Below, in pieces: positions 51,988 through 62,040 of a DNA stretch of 64,000 nt (the first letter of the stretch is position 1; each line of letters starts with the position of its first letter). This DNA is from Monodelphis domestica. Taxonomy: Eukaryota. The stretch covers positions 289,078,949 through 289,142,948 of the forward strand of contig NC_077230.1 of NCBI RefSeq assembly GCF_027887165.1, written 5' to 3'. The notes beneath the pieces are model-generated. The model had not been told where the DNA came from, made no database searches, and was given only the letters and a program-made list of their open reading frames with translations. Both the position numbers and the translations under genes were made by a program.

Positions 51988-52129
51988 CTTTCTTCAATAC
52001 TAGACACTGCTAACAATTTTCTTCCATTGTTAATTTCAGAGGAATCACCAAGTTTTTTTGAGTTTGTAATCTCTTTCCCTTCTGGTAACTGTTCTGTCAT
52101 TTTCTCCCAACATGGTAGTATACTTTCCC
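51988..52129 (-). CDS. CENPJ: CENPJ exon 5, encoding (G)ESILPCWEKMTEQLPEGKEITNSKKLGDSSEINNGRKLLAVSSIEE plus 2 hanging nucleotides.
   Basis: The acceptor ttcatatcgtAG is at + 52130-52131 and the donor GTATCT at + 51987-51982. The length is 142 nt. It matches human [36 protein letters not shown]. Confidence 0.85.
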
Positions 52130-52749
52130 CTACGATATGAATTGGGAAAAATTTAGTTGGAGATATGCAAACTGTCATAAACATTCAAAATAAAATAAAA
52201 CCAAAATAAAGGTTAAAATTCTAGAACTGTACAAAATATTCAGGTAGAGCAGAGTGGCACATCAGAAGCATGCTGGGCTTGAAAGCAAGAGACTAATGGA
52301 TTTAGGCTCCCCCCAAATCACATAAAATAGTACCAGAGAAACAAGAATTCTCAAAGTTTTAGTAGTAGCATGTTAGTTTACAAAATTCTTCCCCATATAT
52401 CATCTCATGTAATTCCTAAAAAGTATTAGTGATAATGCAAAGTATGGCAAAATCAAGGCTCTGGTACAATAATTGATTCCTTGGAAGACATAGCTAGGAA
52501 GGAGCAAAGTTAGGACCAGAACTAAGGGCTTTCACCTACTATTTTAATAATCTTTCCAATCTACTACACTCCTTTGTTCTTTTGTGATTAAGAGGAAAAA
52601 ATAATTACATACACTCAAACTGTGTCTATCATCCCACACTGAGCTTAGAAACTTTTGTCTCACTTAGAAAGGCTTGTATTACACAGTTTAAAATCATTGT
52701 TAGTGTTGAAAATACTAAGCGAAAAGACACAAAACCTGTGGCCAACGAG

Positions 52750-52836
52750 GGAGAGGGAGAGGGAAAGGGAGAGGGAGAGGAAGAGGGAGAGGGAGAGAGA
52801 GAGGGAGAGGGAGAGAGGGAGAGAGTTTGTCCATAC
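52750..52836. repeat. Purine-rich (GGGAGA/GAGAGG)n microsatellite.
   Basis: gagggagagggagagggaaagggagagggagaggaagagggagagggagagagagagggagagggagagagggagagag. This explains the spurious RERERE / SLSLSL ORFs at 52655-52939 and 52660-52896. Confidence 0.95.
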
Positions 52837-53015
52837 ATACACAAGTAGGGGGAAGAGGGGAGACAGAAACAGACAAGGGGAAGCAGAAGGTGGCAAAAAA
52901 AAAAGTATCAGAAAATTCTATTATGGAGTAGCACAGTAATATTTCACCAGGTAAATATAAAAAGAGATTCAGATTATTTAGATATGAATGCACTTAATTT
53001 CAAAAGATGGCTCAC

Positions 53016-53327
53016 CTGTGTCATTTTTATTTTCTTCTTTCAAATCATTTTGTGTTTTTATACATGCTTCTAGACATTGTGCCTCATGAAAAAAATCTGA
53101 AGTAATACCACCTTTTGAAGATAAGACACATTCTTTATTCACAGTCCTGCAAGGATTAGTTTCTCTTTCTTGTACTGAACCACAAGATAAAACTTCAATA
53201 CCATGAGTTTTTTCTCTGGTTTGATTCTGGTACATATGTGACAAGAAAGGTATGGTTTTGTGTACAGTAGTAGAACTCATGGAATTTCCATATTTGGGGC
53301 TCTGATCTTCAGACAGTAAATTCAAGC
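53016..53327 (-). CDS. CENPJ: CENPJ exon 4, encoding (G)LNLLSEDQSPKYGNSMSSTTVHKTIPFLSHMYQNQTREKTHGIEVLSCGSVQERETNPCRTVNKECVLSSKGGITSDFFHEAQCLEACIKTQNDLKEENKNDT plus 1 hanging nucleotide.
   Basis: The acceptor gttttcttcataAG is at + 53328-53329 and the donor GTGAGC at + 53015-53010. The 312 nt break down as 2 + 103 codons + 1. It matches human ...[29 protein letters not shown]. Confidence 0.85.
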
Positions 53328-54413
53328 CTTATGAAGAAAACACAAGCAAAATTAATATTTTTGTGAAAAATTAGCTTTTCATTTTACTACTCTACTATCC
53401 TGTCTCTTCCACTCATCTACATCTCTCAAAATGAAATAACAAAGTAACATTTTAATAAAAATAAGCTAAATGCAATAATGTTAGTATTTTGAACACAAAG
53501 TATCTTCTACATTATTTTAACTAAGGTCATTTGCTGGTACTCACGTTCAGGAAAAATAAGCATTATTCAATAATGAGGTTCATTCCTTTTCCAGCAGCAC
53601 ATCCTTGAAAATGCATGTAGTTCTGTATAATCTAAATTATTTCCCAAAGCAGTAAAGAATGCTCCACTTATACACAAAAAATTACCAATACTAAAATTCT
53701 GAGGATCCACCCTTATCACAACCACTTCCCATGCTACTGGGATCCCCACTCTTCTCCCAATTCACCTTCCATATGCATTTGGAAGTCAGTGAGAGGTGTT
53801 CTAAACCTAAAAGTTTACAACTTTTACCAACATTTACACATGTGCCCTAACCACTTTATGATCCATGCTATTCATAGAATCTTAAATTTGGAAGGGACTT
53901 TTAGAGCCCAAATAGCCCAACCTCATTGCTAATGCAACAAGACATTATTGGACAGCTCTGTTCATTAGGAAGTTTTTCCTTACTTAGAGCAAGAATCTGT
54001 TTTCCTACAATTTTTATCCATTAGTTTTAGTTGCCCTCCAGAAAAACACAAATTCAAACAATTCTGATATTGCTTCATGTAGCTAAGTCACTATTATGCT
54101 ATTATATCTCATCTAAATCTTCTCCAAGCTAAGCATTACTATGTTACTAAACTGTTCTAACTAAACACAGCATGGTTTCCAGACCTCCCACTTTCCTGGT
54201 TACCTTCTTCTAGACATTCTACAACATACTACAGTTATTTACCTCCTTTTTTCAAGACTGTCTAGAATTTGGTATAGCTTATAACATAAAAACTATCAGA
54301 ACACAACTCTTGCAACCTGCCATAACTGAACAAAAAACACCCCCAGATCCTATTTCATATCCATCTCACTATGACCCCTCCACCATAAGTCTATATTTTT
54401 ACTGCCAGGGTAT

Positions 54414-54745
54414 TGTGAACTTTAAAATTACTCCACCCTACTTAGATGTAATTTAGGGGAAGATAAAATTGTAATCTGATTGAACAATGAAGGTACTGAG
54501 TTCTCACCTTATAGTGAAGCTAGAACTACATTTTTCTGTTCAATCAATTTGATGTTTCCTCCAACTGAGCCATGTTGACTCTTCTTGCATCTCTTCCCAA
54601 ACCTCTCCATTTTCAGGGAAAAGACTTTGAAAGGAGGTTAATCGAGTAAGTTTAAGTATGTCTCTATTATTTTTAACTTGAGAATGTAACTATGTCAATT
54701 CAAGTCTCAACCTTAGTAACAGTCAAAATCCACTCTCTTGTGAAT
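54414..54745 (+). repeat. Composite repeat a+c. Part a (54414-54527) equals the first 115 bp of the LTR at 58941-59056. Part c (54528-54745) equals 59955-60172, the sequence lying just beyond CENPJ exon 3.
   Basis: gtattgtgaactttaaaattactccaccctacttagatgtaatttaggggaagataaaattgtaatctgattgaacaatgaaggtactgagttctcaccttatagtgaagctagaact matches 58938-59056. ...acatttttctgttcaatcaatttgatgtttcctccaa...cttcttgcatctcttcccaaacctc...gtaagtttaagtatgtctctattatttttaacttgagaatgtaactatgtcaattcaagtctcaaccttagtaacagtcaaaatcca matches 59955-60172. Confidence 0.7.
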
Positions 54746-54869
54746 AACCATGTTATAAAGAGACTCTGTAGTTTCCAACATACATACGATTATTTCTTCT
54801 ATTCCTAGCACAGCTACATACTTTACAGTAATGGACTTGTGCTCAGCCATTTTTTAAATACCCATACAT

Positions 54870-57590
54870 GAGAACTCCAGGCATATCTTTGCTTTCATTT
54901 GGAAGGGCTACCATATACATGGAGTAATCTGCCACAGGGTTATGTGGAAAGCCTGAGTTTATTTGCACAAATTTTGAGCCAAGACACAGATAATATAACA
55001 TTTTAAAATAGCAAATTAATCAAATACATAGATGATATACTCTTGACTTCAACAGACGCAGAAGCATGTCAGGACGATAATAAACACCTTCTTTTGGAAT
55101 TGCACAAAAGAGGTCATAAGATCTTAAAGGATAAAATTCAGTGGTGTCTCCCTAAAGTAGAATATTTGGGATTCATCCTGACTATAGGTGCCCACTCTAT
55201 TTCTCCCAAAGAAATTGAAAATATTCAAAATTTAAGCACTCCTACCACTAAGAAACAGTTGAGAGCAATTTTAGGAGCAACAAGGTTTTGTAGACGATGG
55301 ATTCCTTGCTATGGGGAAATTACTAAACCCCTTATACCACTAACGAGGGATTCGGTCCCTGAACCCCTCAAATTAGAGCCAGAACACTTGTCAGCTCTAT
55401 CAGATCTAAAACAGGATATCCTGTCTGCCCCTGCTCTAGGTATCCCAGATTGCAACAAGCCATTTACTTTGTATGTACATGAGCAAAGAGGGGTAGCTTC
55501 AGGTGTTTTAACTCAGACTTTGGGGCTATCTCAGAGCCCAATTGCTTATTATTCTGCCCAGCTGGACCTAGTAGCATCAGGAACACCACCATGTCTTAGA
55601 GTAGCTGACGTACTGACTTACTGTGTCAGTACTGTGTACAGTACTGACGTACTGACTTACTAGTGACAAAAACTGTTGATCTAATATTAGGATGCCCATT
55701 AACAATTATGTGCCCACATGAGGTAGAAGCATTGTTGCTAAGGCATAGAACACAGGCATTCTCGGATCAGCAAATTACAAGGTATGAAATAACCTTGTTA
55801 AATAGCAAAAACATTACCTTGAAATGCTGTACAACCCTTAACCCTGCCACCTTGCTTCCAGATTTACCAACTTCAGGAGAACCATTACACAATTGTGAAA
55901 CACTAGTGTCCATGGCAGAAAAGCCTCAAGATAATCTCTTGAACACTCCCTTAGACAATCCAGATCTGGTCTTATTTACTGATGGTTCCTCTTTTATGAG
56001 AGATGGCATACGTTACACTGGAGCTGCTGTAGTCACAGAATTTGCCACTGAGTGATCAGCTTCACTGCCCTCTAATATTAGCGCTCAAGGGGCAGAACTC
56101 ATACCTCTGCAACATGCCTGTATAATTGCCAAGGATATAAAGGCAAGAATTTATACGGATTCTAGATATGTTTTTGGCAACTGTCACTCAGTCGGGATGC
56201 TATGGCTCCAGAGAGGATTTTTAACCTCAGCTGGAAAATCTATAGCTAATGCAGAAATTATTAATGAAGTTCTTTCTGCTCTCCAGGTGTCTGAAGCCCT
56301 AGATGTAGTTCATTGCTCTGCCCATACAGGTGGCACTGACCTTGTCTCTAGGAGAAATGATTGAGCAGATGCAGCTGCAAAGCTAACAGCCATAGAAGGC
56401 CTAAATTAATTTTAACATTAACAACCACTGATGACTTAAATTTATCACTTTCCTATAATGAAAAGGAAGTGGAAAATGAAAGCAAAAATTCAAAGCAAAA
56501 CAGATTAATGGAGTTTGGATGTCATCTGAAGGAAAACCCCTGCTCCCTAGAAGTTTCTATCACCAAATTTGCCAATCTATTCATAAAAATGGTCACTTTG
56601 GCACCCAGGGCATCGTGGATTCTGAAGAGAGTATGGATAGCCCCTGGTATAACTACTATAGCTAAAGTGTGTACAGCCTGCTCTACCTGCCAAACATATA
56701 ACCAACATGCCTTTCATGGCAAAGCCTTTGGTGGGCATCCTCTGGCTTACACACCTTTTGAGCACTAACAGATAGATTTCATAACAATGCCAAAGGCTAG
56801 ATATTATAAATTTTGTCTAGTCATAGTAAATCAACTGACCAGATGGCCGAAAGCATTTCCTGTGACTAGAGCCACAGCAGCTTTTGTTACTAAGGTGCTT
56901 TTAAAAGAAATTATTCCTCACTTTGGCCTGTCCATATTGATTCAGATAGAGGAAGTCATTTTACTGATTCTGTCCTAAATCAAATATATTCTTGCTTGGG
57001 GATAACTCCTAAATTCCATGTTCCAGATCATCCCCAGAGCTCAGGCCAAGTTGAAAGAATGATCAGAGAACTTAAAACTATGATTGGCAAATTATGCACT
57101 GAGACACATTTAAAATGGCCTGAAATTCTCCCTCTGGCCCTATTTTCTCTTAGAAGCAGGCATAGAGGAGACCTACACATCTCACCATTTGAGATGCTTT
57201 TTGGACATCTACCTATATAGGCTAAGCCTTTCTCCCCTGCATATACATCACTATTATGGGGAGACACTACTATTGCTTCCTATATACAGGAATTATAGGA
57301 TAAACTGCACGAACTCCATGAATCCAGAGCTGCAGTACAAGCCGGACCACTAGACTTTTCTCTCTTTATGACTTAAACCCAGAAGACACGGTGTATATTA
57401 AGAATTTCCAGCATACTGGAGCAACTCAGCCTTCCTGGGAAGGACCATTCCAAATATTGTTAACTACTCCAACATCTATAAAGGTTGGAGAGGACTCTTG
57501 GAATCATTGCTCACATGTGAAGAGAGCATCTTCTGTTGAGACTGATTGACTGCATCCTATCACATGCATTGGAGATAATAATCCATAGAC
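54870..57590 (+). mobile_element. Endogenous retrovirus internal fragment. It carries the 3' half of pol (RT from the YIDD motif onward, connection/RNase H, and an integrase with an HHCC zinc finger and a DDE core). The 5' end is truncated in mid-RT, the ORFs are degenerate, and gag/pro are absent. It is antisense to CENPJ.
   Basis: LPQGYVESPSLFAQ...IKYIDDILLTSTDAEACQDDNKHLL (54880-55100); FLGF...LGATRFCRRWIPCYGEITKPLIPLT...PFTLYVHEQRGVASGVLTQTLG (55043-55663); RNase H at VLFTDGSSFMRDGIRYTGAAVV (~55960-56040); IN at HFGTQGIVDSEESMDSPW...CQTYNQHAFHGKAFGGHP, then QIDFITMPKARYYKFCLVIVNQLTRWPKAFP...SDRGSHFTDS...PDHPQSSGQVERMIRELK (56550-57220); IN C-terminus GPFQILLTTPTSIKVGEDSWNHCSHVK (57430-57540). 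Confidence 0.8.
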
Positions 57591-57744
57591 AAGTGGATAC
57601 TGTTTTCAGGAACACATTGAATTCTTGATTTTTCCCCCTTATTTTTATTATTGCTTTTTTAAATTTTGATTAGAATATTTGATTTTTTCCCTTTTTTCTC
57701 ATTTCTTGTACTAAAGGTACATACAGTTAATATTATTTTTTTCT

Positions 57745-57790
57745 GCAGAATTATATGTTATATATATATATGTATATATATATATACCTG
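57745..57790. repeat. (TA)n/(TATG)n simple repeat.
   Basis: atatatatatatgtatatatatatatacc. Confidence 0.9.
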
Positions 57791-58940
57791 CTATAATATC
57801 AATGCATACCCAAAAAAGCTTTAAACTGTGGGAACCTGCCATTTATTGATAAAATGTTATGGGACTGTGATTAATGTTTGTGTCTGATTCTAGAAAATGG
57901 GATAAAAAACAAGGAGCACAGACTTAACCTGAAGAGTGCCAAAAAGAGCACACAGGAAAAACTAGTGTGAGACTCGAGGTTGCAATGCTTGACATATGTT
58001 AAGTCATAGGACTTTCTTGTATCTACACTCTTTGTGAAATACTCAGACAAGTACCAAAGTTTGATTATCATCCTGGCTCCCTATATCCCTGAGAATGACA
58101 AAAATCAGACCAGGGAATGACAATTCCCTATCAAAATAATAAAATTCTAGTTCTTTTTCTTCTTATAGTATGGCGACTTCCTGTAGTCTTGGCTGCAAAT
58201 GGGTAAGTGAAATATTACTGTATTCTGTCCTACAGACTTGTGAGATAGAAATTTATTGAACCCTAAAACAAGGGCCTATTATGAAATTATTCTTGCTTAC
58301 TCAACATTTTATATACATAGATTTTGGATTTTTTATTCTAATTTTGAATTTTTTTCTTTCTCCCAAAAGTTTAACTTTCTTCCATTTTTTTCTTTATATT
58401 TTTGTTTTTTTCTCTTCTTTTGATAATTGACTCATACAACTCTATAACTCAACATTGCATCTGAGCAGAACTAGATGTTTTTTAACACCCATTTCGGGGG
58501 GGGGGTTGTATTTTAATAAAAATCCAAGATTTTGAAATTTTGTTCGAGAAAGATCTTCAAGGAAGAAGCTTGCTAACTCCTAAATCCAGAGAATGAACTG
58601 TTGCAGAAAGATGCCAGAAAAACCTACACTACATCAAGAAGATCAAGAATGAACTTTGGGTGTGGTTGATTGAACTAAAGTTTGATTGAACATTTATTTG
58701 AATGTATACTCTTATGCCAAAAGGGGACTGCCCCCTAACTGGGTTTTGTCAATATGCCCAGCAAACATTGGTTTTTCTGTCTGTCTTTCTTCTATTTTGC
58801 TCTTCTATCTAACTATTGTAAAATTTCTATTAGAAATTGAATATTGTATACATCTGTAGTTAGAAGTACTTTAGGACTACAAGAGGATTATGTTAAATGA
58901 TCAATGGGGAGACTAGTCTCCCAATGATCATTGGGAGGAT

Positions 58941-59706
58941 TGTGAACTAAAATTACTCCACCCTACTTATACCGTACTTTAGGGGAAGATAAAGTTGTAA
59001 TCTCCTGATTGAACAATGAAAGTACTGAGTTCTCACCTTATAGTGAAGCTAGAACTTTAAGCTAAGTCTATTTTTAGGTCTCAATACAAAAAGGTGTTAA
59101 GTAACTATAAAGGTTAAATTAATCACAAAAAGGTCAAGTAACTAACAAAAGGTGAACTTAACAAAGAAGTGTTAAGTAACTCAAAAGATATAATCAAAGA
59201 AGATGAGAACTAAAAGTATGGGCAGTGCTGGAGAAAGCCTTTGATGTGATTGGTAGATGTGAAAATTTAGAGGAGCAGACACAAGGGTGAAAGATCTATA
59301 TATTTGGGATTTTCTGTCTCTCAAAACACTCTCTTTCCCTGTTGGCAGTAGAGTTAACTAAGAGCAGCATGCTGGCCTTTCGGCATCTTAGCATGGCTAC
59401 AACCTATTGTCCAGTTCGGTGGTGAGTTTCTGGCTGTATTTCCCTCCTTTACTTTTCCAACTTTATCCACTTAGAAGCCTCTAATCTTCTTCAGAGACCT
59501 AGAGGCGAGGATTTTAAAACTCCCCCTGGCACAGGTCAGGCAGGAGAATCCTATATCCTCTTCCCTTGTTCTCCTTAAATTCCCTCCCTCTATATTAATT
59601 AAATTACCATAAATTTCCAGACTGACTTGGGTATTTTATTTGGGATTTTTCCCGGCGACCAATTAACTCTAGATCTTTAAGTCACAACCCTAAAATTATC
59701 TTTACA
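58941..59706 (+). mobile_element. LTR (TG...CA) lying immediately 3' of the ERV pol fragment, most likely its 3' LTR. It belongs to the same family as the inverted solo copy at 13439-14200.
   Basis: It starts TGTGAACTAAAATTACTCCACCC and ends ...AAAATTATCTTTACA at 59706. About 85% identity to the reverse complement of 13439-14200 was seen by direct comparison. Confidence 0.65.
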
Positions 59707-59821
59707 GTCTCCATTTGTAAATATGAAAAAAGGCTGGTGACAACCAATTATCAAAACACTACAATGGAAAAAAAAATTCACGAACATAAAGCATTTTTGT
59801 AAAGTAAGGACTAAGTGTTAC

Positions 59822-59945
59822 CTGAGTGTGTCTGTTGCCCAGATACCATAGTCAGTAATTTCTCTTGCTCTTCCAGGAGCCTCTGAATCTGTTCTATTTG
59901 CTGCCTCTTCAGCTCCTCCTGCTTCTTCTGTTGGACTTCTCTGAG
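59822..59945 (-). CDS. CENPJ: CENPJ exon 3, encoding [41 protein letters not shown] plus 1 hanging nucleotide.
   Basis: The acceptor (purine-rich, weak) aaaaaaatgtatttgaaaAG is at + 59946-59947 and the donor GTAACA at + 59821-59816. The 124 nt break down as 41 codons + 1. It matches human [37 protein letters not shown]. Confidence 0.85.
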
Positions 59946-59954
59946 CTTTTCAAA

Positions 59955-60172
59955 TACATTTTTTTGTTCAATTAATTTTATGTTTCCTCCAATCGAACCC
60001 TGTTGACTCTTCTTGCATCTCTTCCCAAACCTCCCCATTCTTAGGGAAAAGACTTTATTTAAAAGGTTAATCAAGTAAGTTTAAGTATGCCTCTATTATT
60101 TTTAACTTGAGAATGTAACTATGTCAATTCAAGTCTCAACCTTAGTAACAGTCAAAATCCATTCTCTTGTTA
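59955..60172 (+). repeat. Repeat part c (second copy), beginning 10 bp beyond the exon 3 acceptor.
   Basis: acatttttttgttcaattaattttatgtttcctccaatcgaaccctgttgactcttcttgcatctcttcccaaacctcc...gtaagtttaagtatgcctctattatttttaacttgagaatgtaactatgtcaattcaagtctcaaccttagtaacagtcaaaatccattctcttgt matches 54528-54745. Confidence 0.7.
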
Positions 60173-61066
60173 TTAAATTGATCTAAGTACAGATGAAGTC
60201 ACTTATCTTTTAATTCTACATGACATAATACAATTTTTTGCCAATTTTTGCTTAGTTATTTAATGTCTTAAATTTTGTCTTATAAATTACAATTGTCTTA
60301 ACTCTCATTTATAAAATCATAGTGGTATTGCTCATTAGTTAAAAGGGACATTGGTGATAACTGAATCTAGTCCCTACATTTTGCAGATTAGGAAACCAGG
60401 GTCAAAAAGATGAAGTAATTTGCACATAAATGCTATAGATTTGTGTGAAACCCATACCCTATCCTTGGAATGAAGAACATGAATCTAGAATAATCAATCT
60501 GTACTATATGGGTAAGAAGTTTATAATCTTGTCCTGAACATCATCAGATTGTAATCATTTGAGCTACTGCTTTCAAGCTAGGCTGTCAAGATAATTGGGA
60601 AAGATCTAGTACCCCTTGGTACACTGACTCTAACAAATGAGAGTTTATCCCGAACATAAAGAGACAAAAGTAAAATGGCAACTGATGCATTATAAATTAC
60701 TATTTTTTTGGTAACAGTCATTTATATCTGCTCTGAAAAGATAGGGATTTTCTAATAGAGATCCTAATGAACTCAAAGCAAACTGAAGCATATATTTTTA
60801 GACATGGGTAATGTAGGAATTTGTTTTGCTTGACTTTCCTTATTTTTAAGAGATTTTGTTTTTTCTTTCTCAATGGATTGGGGTGGGAAGAGTGAGAGAA
60901 TTCAGAACTGAAAATAAAATAAAACTCAAAAAATAAGTAGGCAGTCACACTTTAAGTCTAATACTCTTTGTAGTTTTTTTTTTTTAAGACTTTTAAAATG
61001 GGAGGGGAGATTAATTTTAAAACTACATACATAAAACCTTCAAATCTGGCTAAATAATTTGTTTAC

Positions 61067-61514
61067 CTGCTCAAGTTTCTTGAAAAGTGGATCTCTATAA
61101 GCTGCTTCTTTGGAATCATTCACATCAGGTACATCAATTTTGGTATCTTCCCAGTGGCCCAAAGTATCTTTGCATGTCAGTGATTGTTGTGACTTCTTAG
61201 TGTGAGGAAAGACTGAATGTGTTTCATTTGTATCTGATTGCACTCTATATGGGCTTTTAGAACCCAAGATCTGTTCTTCTCGAAGTGAATCATCACTTAG
61301 AAAGCTACAGCTGTCTGAAAATTCTGTGCTTTTAACAATAAAACTGGAGGAAGTATTTGCATTTGACTGATTCTCTCTCCCTATTTCCAAATTAGGAAAT
61401 CCACGATTCAGTATCACACCAGCACGGGAAGGATTGGACATCCACTGAGCTAAAAAATTTTGCCCACTATTTAATTCTGAAGAAGTGGGCATCAGGAAAA
61501 TTGTCATCTGATCA
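61067..61514 (-). CDS. CENPJ: CENPJ exon 2, containing the start codon (ATG at 61507-61505). It encodes [43 protein letters not shown]...AAYRDPLFKKLEQ. The CDS is 61067-61507, with 7 nt of 5' UTR to a putative acceptor at 61515-61516.
   Basis: It coincides with the 155-aa minus ORF at 61040-61507. It matches the human CPAP N-terminus [36 protein letters not shown]...AYKDPLFKKLEQ. The donor caggtaaac has its GT at + 61066-61065. An in-frame TAG/TGA lies just upstream of the ATG. Confidence 0.85.
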
Positions 61515-62010
61515 CTAATAAGTTAAAAGAATGTCAAAGCTCTTGTAGTATACAACTTTTATGTATGACTGCTGATATTCAATACCTGTAGAGAGAAAAA
61601 CTTCAATTAAAATGTGTATAATAAAAAGTCCCTTCAAATGCCTGTTGAAATCTTCCTCTTCAAAATAGGGTTTTGGGGTTACTTCCTTCATTAAGCCTTC
61701 TTCTAATCCTCCAACTTAAAGAACTACCTCTGGAATAGCTTATTCCTTTTCTGTGACCACTCATACGAATATATCACATTCTTACTTGTAATAGTGGCCT
61801 GGGTACCTGTTTTTTTTCCCCCTTTTGGGAGAAGGAACTTCTTTACCTAGGGACAGTTTTTCCATTTTTCCATCTCCAGAGTACCTCACATAATATTCAC
61901 TTAATAATTTAGCATAATTAAGTCAGTTTTATTTAAATCTAATAAATTTAACTGAATATTCTCCTGAAACTGCAATCTATTATGAAAGACAACACTATAA
62001 AACAACAGTT

Positions 62011-62040
62011 TGTTTATATATATATATATATATATATACA
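62011..62040. repeat. (TA)n microsatellite.
   Basis: tatatatatatatatatatatata followed by catatgtacatatc. Confidence 0.9.

Noticed and set aside
52655-52939. ORF encoding …RERERERERKRERERERERERGRE… and the antisense SLSLSL ORF.
   Set aside because: It is a translation of a purine-rich microsatellite.
58898-58930. Near-palindrome tgatcaatggggagactagtctcccaatgatca (16-bp perfect core gggagactagtctccc) abutting the LTR start.
   Set aside because: It is a single occurrence and short. It could be a remnant of the ERV 3' region or chance, and it is insufficient to call as a functional element.
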